Positions 19,119 through 26,823 of a stretch of DNA of 62,613 nucleotides are shown here, piece after piece. The position numbers were made by a program, and so were the translations under genes. Source of the stretch: Acidimicrobiia bacterium (GTDB lineage Bacteria > Actinomycetota > Acidimicrobiia > Acidimicrobiales > Bin134). Positions within the stretch are counted from its first letter, which is position 1. Each line of letters starts with the position of its first letter. Below the pieces are notes generated by a model that was not told where the DNA came from, did not search any database, and saw nothing but the letters and a program-made list of their open reading frames with translations. The stretch lies in the NCBI GenBank assembly GCA_022821445.1, contig JAJEDQ010000130.1:1-62613 (forward strand), read 5' to 3'.

Positions 19119-20057
19119 TCAGACTGGCGGAGGGACATAGAGCCCTCGGTCCGGGTCGTTGTGGCTCTTTTGCGCAATGTCGGGGCCCATTGGGTTGGCG
19201 GTTCCCCATTGGTCGGCGACCATGGGCTCGACTATCGGGTACTTGTGGGGTACCCAGGTGGCCTCGTCCACCAACTCGAGTTCGGTCGTGTACTCCATTG
19301 TGTTGCCAGCCGGATCGATGAAATAGTTGAACATGTTGTCGCCGGCCTTGTGCTTGCCGGGCCCCCAGATGCGCTCGATGCCGGCCCGCATCACCCGGCC
19401 CGTCGCCATCATGTTCTCCTCCACACCACGCATCTCGAATGAAAGGTGATGGAGAGACGCATGCGGGCCGCGGACGACCGCGAAGGTGTGATGCCAGGGG
19501 CTGCAACGCAGAAACCACATCAGGTCGCCCATGCCAGGCATCGTCAGCTGGTCGCTGATCGCCATTCCGAGGTGCTGCATGTACCAAGCGACCGTGCTCT
19601 CCGGATCGGCCGAGTTGATAACGACGTGTGACAGCGATCGCGGGATCGCCTCCATCGGCTCGATCTCGCGGGCTTCGTGCTCTTCGACTTCGCAGCAGAC
19701 CTCGAGCGTGCGTCCGTCACCGTCGAAGAATCGGAAGCCGTACCCGCCGCCGTAGGTCGTCAAATCCCTGGGCTCGGTCACCAGCTGAACATTGGCGCTG
19801 CCGAGCAAGGACGCGAGCCGGTCGACCGCGGCGCGATCTGCGGCGCCCAGGCTGATGAGGTCGATCCGCTTGTCGTCGGCCTCCCGCAGCCGCACGACAA
19901 AGGGTTCAGGTGAGCCTTCTGCGGCCATATAGGACAAGTTGCCGTCGGTGGCGACCTCGCTGAGGCCCCAGGTGTCGAGGTAGAAATTCCGCTGCTCCGC
20001 GTAGTTGGACACCGCGAGGTCGACGTGGCGGAGGTGGGTTATCAATCGTTCTGTCAT
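19119..20057 (-). CDS. VOC-family extradiol dioxygenase (FdeC-like)
   Basis: Two VOC domains; SHVVIN, HHLSFE, WGPGKH, NYFIDPAGNTMEY. Confidence 0.88.
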   Translation of the reverse strand: MTERLITHLRHVDLAVSNYAEQRNFYLDTWGLSEVATDGNLSYMAAEGSPEPFVVRLREADDKRIDLISLGAADRAAVDRLASLLGSANVQLVTEPRDLTTYGGGYGFRFFDGDGRTLEVCCEVEEHEAREIEPMEAIPRSLSHVVINSADPESTVAWYMQHLGMAISDQLTMPGMGDLMWFLRCSPWHHTFAVVRGPHASLHHLSFEMRGVEENMMATGRVMRAGIERIWGPGKHKAGDNMFNYFIDPAGNTMEYTTELELVDEATWVPHKYPIVEPMVADQWGTANPMGPDIAQKSHNDPDRGLYVPPPV

Positions 20058-20080
20058 AAGTACTTCCGGCTCCGAGATGG

Positions 20081-21205
20081 TCAGGCCGGCTCGCATAGCG
20101 CGCCGAGCGTTCGCATGAATAGTCCGGGGATGTCTGCGTCGGGGTCATCGTCGATCATCCACTGCCCCACTTGCACCGACGCATCCACCACGGTCTTGGC
20201 CCGGTCGTAACGGCGATCCATGAATGCGTCGAGCGCGGACGCGAGATCACTGTGGGCCAGCAAACTCTCGCCTAGGACTAACGCGTCCTCCATGGCCTGT
20301 GCGGCACCCTGCGCAATCGTCGGCGGGCAGGTATGGGCAGCATCGCCGATCAGGACTACGCGGCCGCGCCACCAGGGCGGTTCGAGGATCATTTTCTCGA
20401 ACCAGGTGTAGTGGACGGTCGCTGGGTCGATCATCAGCTCGCGAATGTCCTCCCACGGTCCTTGGTAGGCCCCGGAAAGCTCGCGCATATAGGCGAGCTG
20501 GTCTTCTGGCGGCATCTCTTCGCGATCTTGCATCGGTTCCACGATGTAGGCGTACAGGGAATCCTCACCAGTTGGGCAGTAGCCGGCGATGTAGGCGGGA
20601 CCCGCGTAACAGAGGTCGGTGCGCTCTACCGAGTCTGGTCGGCTCGTGAAGACTCGGAAGATTCCCATGCCGGTGGGCTCGGGCCTGGTAGTGATCCCGA
20701 TCATGTCCCGCACCGTCGACTTGACACCGTCGGCTCCGATTACAACGTCGTAGCGGCAGTTAGTCCCGTCGCTGAATGTCACATCAACCCCCGCGCCTTC
20801 GTCATCGAAGTTGGCTACCGTCATGCCGAAACTCAGCGTTGCGCCGGCTGCCGACGCGGTGTCGACGAGAATCTCAGCTAGGTGCCTCCGTTCCATTCCG
20901 AGGGTCGCCGGGAGATCCTGGCCACCAGTCTTGATGTCATCGAGTTCCGCCACAAGGGTGCCGTCGGGTATGCGGATCCCGGTGGTGTCGAATGCGTAGC
21001 CGGCGTCTGATGCTGCTTCCCAGGCACCGATCTCTCGGAGCACTCGCAATGCGTTGCCTTGGATGGTGATACCTGAGCCAAGTGCGGTCACGTCGTTTTG
21101 GATTTCCACTATGTCTACATCGACGCCGTCTCTGGCTAGGACTGCGGCGACGACACATCCTGCGCTGCCCGCGCCCACCACTAGGGCCGTTTCAACTGCT
21201 GCCAT
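20081..21205 (-). CDS. FAD-dependent aromatic monooxygenase (FdeE-like)
   Basis: GAGSAG, GADG, GDAAHTCPPTIAQGAAQAMED; start MAAVETALVV. Confidence 0.88.
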   Translation of the reverse strand: MAAVETALVVGAGSAGCVVAAVLARDGVDVDIVEIQNDVTALGSGITIQGNALRVLREIGAWEAASDAGYAFDTTGIRIPDGTLVAELDDIKTGGQDLPATLGMERRHLAEILVDTASAAGATLSFGMTVANFDDEGAGVDVTFSDGTNCRYDVVIGADGVKSTVRDMIGITTRPEPTGMGIFRVFTSRPDSVERTDLCYAGPAYIAGYCPTGEDSLYAYIVEPMQDREEMPPEDQLAYMRELSGAYQGPWEDIRELMIDPATVHYTWFEKMILEPPWWRGRVVLIGDAAHTCPPTIAQGAAQAMEDALVLGESLLAHSDLASALDAFMDRRYDRAKTVVDASVQVGQWMIDDDPDADIPGLFMRTLGALCEPA

Positions 21206-21375
21206 TCGACTTTCCCCTGCAAATGCGAAAACTGACTTGTCTTTGCTTGGCGAACAGTACTCAAGTGGCATTCATCAGCGAAGGTGAAACTGATAATACG
21301 TGCCATTGGTTTGAGCTATAGGGGAGGATTTCGGTGAGAACCGACGGAGGCAATGAGCCGGCCACCGATCTCAAC
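21176..21375 (+). repeat. 200-bp direct repeat, copy 1 (monooxygenase 5' end, divergent promoter, lysR 5' end)
   Basis: Ungapped match to 25562-25761 with 6 substitutions by manual comparison. Confidence 0.97.
21271..21296 (+). promoter_or_regulatory. Putative LysR operator, copy B (also present at 25657-25682 in the duplicate)
   Basis: TTCATCAGCGAAGGTGAAACTGATAA between divergent monooxygenase and lysR; ATC-N9-GAA. Confidence 0.65.
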
Positions 21376-21398
21376 CTACGGACAGCTCTTGCTGGGCC
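21334..21398 (+). pseudogene. lysR remnant with internal deletion
   Basis: First 14 codons of lysR joined directly to CTACGGACAGCTCTTGCTGGGCC, identical to lysR 26064-26086. Confidence 0.9.
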
Positions 21399-21494
21399 AG
21401 GCGCTGGCGCCAGACCCGCCGGTCCTCCGAAATGCTCCACCGGTGGAGATCGGCCAGACCGCCTCCCAGGGCGAGACGATCCTCGTCAGACCCT

Positions 21495-22631
21495 TCAGAC
21501 ACTGAGTTCCAGCATGTCCTCGCCGATGATCAGGCGCCCGGAGTAGCCGTCCTGAGCGGCGGCGAGCACATCCGCCGGGGTCGTCGACGGCACGATGTGG
21601 GACAACACCAGGTTGCGAACGCCGGCCGGCTCGGCGACGTCTCGACCAACCTGCTCGACGGTGGTGTGCGCAGTCAGCAGGTGTTCGCGCACTGCCGGAC
21701 CGACATCGGGCGGGAGAATCGACGCGAGCCGGTCGGCAAAGGCCGGATCAATGACCTCGTGCACCAAGTAGTCCGCCCCATGCGCGAGGTCGATCAGATT
21801 CTCCGAAACCGTCGTGTCACCGGAGACCACGATCGACCCGTCAGGAGTGTCGAACCGGAAGCCGTATGCAGGAGCCGTCGGGTGGTGATCGACGAGCGTC
21901 GCCGTCACGCGCACGTCGCCGTCCTCCCAAACCTCGATTGGGCCCGACAACCGGGGCGGGATGCCAGCCGGATCGACCGTCCAGTGTGGCGAGTGGTCGA
22001 TGTCGTGGACATCGAACCAGTCGTCGGGAATCTTGAAGTTGCTGTCTCGCGCCCGATCGTTGAAGTCTGCCGCGAATGCCTTTCGCAGATACCCGGTCAT
22101 GCCTTCGATCCCCGGCGTCGGGTCGTCCGGCTCGATCACCGAGGGTTCGGGCCGGTGCGGCGGGAACACTCGGGGGAGCGTGTCTCGGCGTCCAGGACCG
22201 AACACCTGAACTGGGTCGGTCGCTTTGTTCGCCATCATGGTCCCCGTGGCGTAGAGGGCCGGCCAGTCCACGCAGTGATCACTGTGCATGTGCGTGAAGA
22301 ACAGTGCCCGGAGCGACAGGAAGGTGTTGCTGGAATCGCCGCCGTTCTCACGCTGACCGAGTGCTGCCAAACGGTTGAGCGAGCCGACCCCGAGATCGAC
22401 GACATACATGCGGTCCGCATGGATGATTGCGGTGCAGACACCGACGCGGCTCGGATTGCTGATGACAGGCCCACCGGCCACACCGACCGTCACTAAACGG
22501 GTTCGTCCGCCGGCGCGGTCGCTCGGCGCCATCGCTTCGAACCCCGGGGCTATGCGTGGCGACGCTGAGGCGGCCACAGCAGCATCCTCCGCAAGCGCTG
22601 CCAGCACCTCTCCCCGTTCGCGCTCCGGCAT
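21495..22631 (-). CDS. MBL-fold metallo-hydrolase (RNase Z/arylsulfatase AtsA-like)
   Basis: THMHSDH, VVSGDT, LVHEVI, AHT, LVLSH; start uncertain (22532-22718). Confidence 0.85.
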   Translation of the reverse strand: MPERERGEVLAALAEDAAVAASASPRIAPGFEAMAPSDRAGGRTRLVTVGVAGGPVISNPSRVGVCTAIIHADRMYVVDLGVGSLNRLAALGQRENGGDSSNTFLSLRALFFTHMHSDHCVDWPALYATGTMMANKATDPVQVFGPGRRDTLPRVFPPHRPEPSVIEPDDPTPGIEGMTGYLRKAFAADFNDRARDSNFKIPDDWFDVHDIDHSPHWTVDPAGIPPRLSGPIEVWEDGDVRVTATLVDHHPTAPAYGFRFDTPDGSIVVSGDTTVSENLIDLAHGADYLVHEVIDPAFADRLASILPPDVGPAVREHLLTAHTTVEQVGRDVAEPAGVRNLVLSHIVPSTTPADVLAAAQDGYSGRLIIGEDMLELSV

Positions 22632-22698
22632 GCTGTTCACGGCCCGACTCACCACATCGCACATCGTCTTCGCATTTCGTCCTGACTGTTCCGCGCCT

Positions 22699-22788
22699 TC
22701 AGACCGAGCCCATGGCACCCAAGCACCCGATCGACTGCCCAGCGTGGTCGTCGGTCAAGACGACGACGATGTTCGGGCGCCGAGTCAT
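22699..22788 (-). pseudogene. 29-codon stub of a second sulfatase
   Basis: ATGA overlap with upstream sulfatase stop; reads MTRRPNIVVVLTDDHAGQSIGCLGAMGSV*, the canonical sulfatase N-terminal motif. Confidence 0.75.
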
Positions 22789-24254
22789 CCTGCCTCCATC
22801 GACCGGGAGCCCGCCGGCTGAGGCAGGTCGACCTGCGGAAATCGGGGATTGTCATCCCACGGCATCACGTCGGCGGTCGCGACCATCCACCGCAACAGCT
22901 CGGCGCTCAGCGTCGCTTCGAGCTCGGCGTGCTCGGGCTGGCCTGCGAGATTGTGCAGCTCCTGAGGGTCGGCGCGCCGGTCATAGAGCTCTGGCGGCTC
23001 GTACAGGCGCCACACATAGGTCCACTCCGTCGAGCGGATGGCCACCGCCTTGCCGACCGTCTCGGGTCGTTCGTGTTGCGCCTTGCCTTTGAGGTCGTAC
23101 GGAAAGCCCGGGTTCTCCAGCTGGCCGTGTTCTTCGACGAGGAAGCCGCCCTCGGTGAACGCGTACTCCCGGTGCCCGACGTCCGGATCTCGAAGCACCG
23201 GAACGAGGCTGCGCCCGAAATGGGTGTAGTCGGGCTCGAAACCAGCGAAATCGTAGAGCGTGGGGACAATGTCGATCAGCTCGACCATCGCGTCGACAGC
23301 GCGTCCTTCGGCGATGCCGGGTCCGGCCATCACCAGCGGATCTCGGGTGAGGCAGTCGTGCATGCCGGAGGGCCACTTCTCGATCAGGTCGTAGTCCCCC
23401 AGGTACTCGCCGTGGTCGCTGAAGAAGACCACCACGGTGCTCTCGAGGTCGTCTCCGGCCGCTGCGAGTATGCGGCCGAACTGTGAGTCGAGCCGGGAGA
23501 CCATGCCGTGATAGACCGCCGCGATCTCGCGCCACTCCTCGTCGGAGAGGCGGCCGAGCCCGTAGGTGTCGCGAACGTTCTGCATGAACGCCGGTTCGTG
23601 ACCCGACTGCACATGCCCCGCCCGCTGCGGCAGCGCGGCGCGGTCGTGCATCGAGTACCAAGGCTCAGTCGCCGCGAACGGGCAGTGCGGGAAGATCATG
23701 GGCACGTAGAGCAGCCACGGCCGGTCATGAGGTCGCTCGGCCAGCCACGCCTCGGCGGTTCGGGTGCACGCCTCGTCGAAGTCGTGGTCGTGCTCGTCGT
23801 CGACCTTGCCGATGTAGAACGCTCTCGACATCGGCCAGTCGGGATGCATCTGCCCCTTGGGGGCCATCATTGGGGTGTCCGGCGGCGTTGCCCAGCCGTA
23901 TTCGTGACAGCTCTCCTCGGTGGCGCCAGGTGCCCAGGTGTCGCCACGCTCACCGACATGGACGACGTGGTAGCCACGCTGCTTGAACGACTTCAAGACA
24001 TTCGGGTCGTCGGGGCGCAACAGATGGGTGAGGCTGCGGTGCCCCCGCGTGTGCGGATACCAACCGGTCAGAAACGACGCCCGGCTCGGCGAACACACGG
24101 GATGCTGGGTGAAGCAATTCGTGAAGCGGGTCCCTCGCTCTGCCAGGGCATCGATGTTCGGCGTACTGGCGAAGTCGGCACCGAACGCGCCGACTGCGTC
24201 GGCTCGTAGCTGGTCGGCCACGATCATCAACACGTTCGGCCGGTTGTTTGTCAT
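22785..24254 (-). CDS. Formylglycine-dependent sulfatase (S1)
   Basis: RPNVLMIVADQLR, CSPSRASFLTG, SDHGE, ELYD..DPQELHNLA. Confidence 0.93.
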   Translation of the reverse strand: MTNNRPNVLMIVADQLRADAVGAFGADFASTPNIDALAERGTRFTNCFTQHPVCSPSRASFLTGWYPHTRGHRSLTHLLRPDDPNVLKSFKQRGYHVVHVGERGDTWAPGATEESCHEYGWATPPDTPMMAPKGQMHPDWPMSRAFYIGKVDDEHDHDFDEACTRTAEAWLAERPHDRPWLLYVPMIFPHCPFAATEPWYSMHDRAALPQRAGHVQSGHEPAFMQNVRDTYGLGRLSDEEWREIAAVYHGMVSRLDSQFGRILAAAGDDLESTVVVFFSDHGEYLGDYDLIEKWPSGMHDCLTRDPLVMAGPGIAEGRAVDAMVELIDIVPTLYDFAGFEPDYTHFGRSLVPVLRDPDVGHREYAFTEGGFLVEEHGQLENPGFPYDLKGKAQHERPETVGKAVAIRSTEWTYVWRLYEPPELYDRRADPQELHNLAGQPEHAELEATLSAELLRWMVATADVMPWDDNPRFPQVDLPQPAGSRSMEAG

Positions 24255-24301
24255 GAGCCCGCCCCTTCGATGGAAGCCAGCAGGTCATCAGCTTCACCCC
24301 T

Positions 24302-24366
24302 GAAGCCGAGGGCGCGGACATGAACGCCGTCTTCGAGAACATCGGCGCCACCGACGCCAAGCTCGA
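24302..24366 (+). pseudogene. Internal fragment of a cupin paralog
   Basis: 60/65 identical to cupin 9031-9095 (EAEGADM[D/N]AVFENIGATDAKLE); 4 of 5 changes synonymous. Confidence 0.9.
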
Positions 24367-24378
24367 GCACCGTGCGCG

Positions 24379-25428
24379 TCACTTCGCTGTGGATGGTTCG
24401 GCTTCGAGCTGGCGTCCGATGACCCGTCGAGCTGCGAGCGCACCGGAATCGATCTTCAGGCTGACCTCGGTCACCACGTCGCTTTGCCCGAGTACCCGTT
24501 CGACGTGCGCTAGTGCTTCCACGTCCTGGAGAACCACCGTGCGCTGCATGTCGGCCATCGCCTCGTCGACCCCCTCGTCGTCAACCGAGAAGTTGCGACA
24601 CAACGCCCAGAAGTCGAGGGTGGTCCCTGCCGTGGACGGAGTGATGGCGTACAAGATCTTCAGATGAGCGGCATCGGGGTCGCTGCCGTCGAGGGCCGGG
24701 GCGACTCCCGCCGGTGCGATCCGAGAGTGCAGGACGTACTGGCAGATCGGGCGGTATTCGATGTCCTGCCAGCGATCGATCGGCGATGTCATTCCCGTGG
24801 TCTCGGAGTAGAACTTGGGACACTCGACCGCCGCCATGCGACGGCTGACCCTGACGGTCCCGGTCGCGTCATCGACCTCGGTCTCGATCGGCGTCGCTGC
24901 GACTTCGCGGGTTCCGATGTAGCCGGCATGGAGGAAGGTCTCGTGCGACAGATCGAGCAAGTTGTCAACCAACAGCCCGTAGCGAGCGGCGATCGGTTCC
25001 ATACCGTGGAGTACTGCCCAGCCAGGCTCACTGAGCCATGGAAGGACCGGCGGCGCTGCCACTCCTGGGTGCGTGGGATCCCCGATCCACACCCAGATCC
25101 ACGGCCCGGTCTGACAAAGGGGGTACGACGCAACTGAGGCGCTCGAGGGAATTCTCGACTGGTTCGGCGCCCAGACGCACGTGCCGGACGACGAGAACGT
25201 CAGTCCGTGGTAGCCGCATTGCAGCTGCCCATCGACGACCTGGCCTAGTGACAGGGGGTAATTCCGATGAGGGCATCGGTCGACGAGCGCCGCTAGCGTT
25301 CCCTCGGCGTCCCGGAACAAAACGATGTTCTCGCCGCACACGGTGCGTGCCAGCGGGCCGTCACCGAGCTCGTCGACGGAGGCGATGACGAACCACTGGT
25401 TGGTCGGGAGCTCGGTGGGCATGGTCAT
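24379..25428 (-). CDS. Rieske non-heme iron oxygenase, VanA-like O-demethylase
   Basis: DRCPHR..CGYHG Rieske motif; DNLLDLSHETFLH iron site. Confidence 0.88.
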   Translation of the reverse strand: MTMPTELPTNQWFVIASVDELGDGPLARTVCGENIVLFRDAEGTLAALVDRCPHRNYPLSLGQVVDGQLQCGYHGLTFSSSGTCVWAPNQSRIPSSASVASYPLCQTGPWIWVWIGDPTHPGVAAPPVLPWLSEPGWAVLHGMEPIAARYGLLVDNLLDLSHETFLHAGYIGTREVAATPIETEVDDATGTVRVSRRMAAVECPKFYSETTGMTSPIDRWQDIEYRPICQYVLHSRIAPAGVAPALDGSDPDAAHLKILYAITPSTAGTTLDFWALCRNFSVDDEGVDEAMADMQRTVVLQDVEALAHVERVLGQSDVVTEVSLKIDSGALAARRVIGRQLEAEPSTAK

Positions 25429-25468
25429 CGTTGTCCTCGATTCGCGATACATCGGTCGTTCGAAGTGA

Positions 25469-25591
25469 TCACAGGGCGGCGAGGAGCGACTCGAGTGCTG
25501 TCATGTACTGCTCGTGGCCGCCGAGTGCGTCGTGGATGCCGTGCGCCTGGCCGGTAGCGGTCACCACTAGGGCCGATTCAACTGCTGCCAT
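25469..25591 (-). pseudogene. Chimeric stub: first 10 codons of monooxygenase fused to an unrelated C-terminus
   Basis: MAAVESALVV|TATGQAHGIHDALGGHEQYMTALESLLAAL*; junction at the repeat edge 25562. Confidence 0.7.
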
Positions 25592-25761
25592 TCGACATTC
25601 CCCTGCAAATGCGGAAACTGACTTGTCTTTGCTTGGCGAACAGTACTCAAGAGGCATTCATCAGCGAAGGTGAAACTGATAATATGTGCCATTGGTTTGA
25701 GCTATAGGGGAGGATTTCGGTGAGAACCGACGAAGGCAATGAGCCGGCCACCGATCTCAAC
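25562..25761 (+). repeat. 200-bp direct repeat, copy 2
   Basis: Offset 4386 bp from 21176-21375. Confidence 0.97.
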
Positions 25762-26694
25762 GTCCTTGACCTCAATCTTCTCATCGCTTTGGACGCCCTG
25801 TTGCGTGAGCAGAGCGTGACCCGGGCCGCCGGCCGACTTCTGCGCAGCCAACCGGCTTTGTCCGGCTCACTTCAGCGGCTGCGCCGCCAGTTCGATGACG
25901 AGCTGCTTGTCCGGGTGGGAAATCGATACGAGTTGACCCCGTTGGCCGCCCAGCTCAAGACTCGCGTTGCGGTCCTGCTCGCCGACGTTGGACGTCTTTA
26001 CGAGACGCGTTCAACTTTTGACAGTGCCCGATCTACCCGGGAGTTCACAATTGCGGTGTCCGACTACGGACAGCTCTTGCTGGGCCGTGCAATCGCGGCT
26101 GAGCTGGAGTCAGCAGCCCCTCACGCTCGTCTCCGGTTCCGACCTTTGAACGACGAATTGATTGCCACCGCCGCAACGGCGGTGAGGAATGTGGATGGCT
26201 TTGTTCTTCCTGTGGGCCTCATCGAGGGCATTCCACACTTCAAGGCCTATGAGGATCGTTGGGTTCTTTTGGTAGACATCGACAACCCAAAGGTCGGAGA
26301 ACAGGTCACACTTGACGAACTAAGCGAATTGGAATGGGTAACGGCCTTTCACCGCGAGGACTCGCCGGTACCTCCAGTTCGCCAACTTCAATTGCTTGGT
26401 GTGGACATGAGGGTCAGAGTCGTAGTGGAGGGGTTCGTGCCCTTGCCGTTGTACGTTCAGGGAACCGATTCCATTGCCGTAATCCAAGAGGGCTTGGCCC
26501 GACAGATCGCCCCGGCTGAGCGGTTCCGATTCCTCGAGTGTCCATTCGATGTCGTTCCACTCGCTGAGTCATTCTGGTGGCATCCGTCACTTCAGAACGA
26601 TCCCGGTCACGCGTGGTTTCGAGAATTGATAGGTCAGGCTGGCCAACGCATAGAGAAAAAACTGCTCGAAATCAACTCCTCTTCCAATAACTAG
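25720..26694 (+). CDS. LysR-family regulator, NodD/FdeR-like
   Basis: LDLNLLIALDALLREQSVTRAA..SQPALSGSLQRLR..FDDELLVRVG..LTP; C-terminal DPGHAWFR. Confidence 0.92.
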   Translation: MRTDEGNEPATDLNVLDLNLLIALDALLREQSVTRAAGRLLRSQPALSGSLQRLRRQFDDELLVRVGNRYELTPLAAQLKTRVAVLLADVGRLYETRSTFDSARSTREFTIAVSDYGQLLLGRAIAAELESAAPHARLRFRPLNDELIATAATAVRNVDGFVLPVGLIEGIPHFKAYEDRWVLLVDIDNPKVGEQVTLDELSELEWVTAFHREDSPVPPVRQLQLLGVDMRVRVVVEGFVPLPLYVQGTDSIAVIQEGLARQIAPAERFRFLECPFDVVPLAESFWWHPSLQNDPGHAWFRELIGQAGQRIEKKLLEINSSSNN

Positions 26695-26707
26695 AGCCGA
26701 TATCGAG

Positions 26708-26734
26708 TATCAGCAGTTTCCGCTTTGCTGATGA
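26708..26734 (-). promoter_or_regulatory. Putative LysR operator, copy C (upstream of ABC operon)
   Basis: Reverse complement TCATCAGCAAAGCGGAAACTGCTGATA; same orientation relative to the regulated gene as copies A and B. Confidence 0.65.
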
Positions 26735-26823
26735 TGTAGGCGTTGGTATGTTCCCCCGTGGGGCGATGTGCGTCCCTTGACACGCCCGCATGTGCGGGTG
26801 GACTCTGAGGGGGTCGATACACG

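Noticed and set aside
21435-21448. Perfect 14-bp palindrome CTCCACCGGTGGAG
   Set aside because: Single loopless occurrence in deletion debris; no supportable function.
24285-24304. TCATCAGC upstream of the sulfatase as another operator copy
   Set aside because: Only the left half matches and the right half is cut by the cupin-fragment junction.
21176-25761. Composite transposon or diversity-generating retroelement explanation for the repeats
   Set aside because: No transposase or reverse transcriptase; mismatches are not confined to adenines in one copy.
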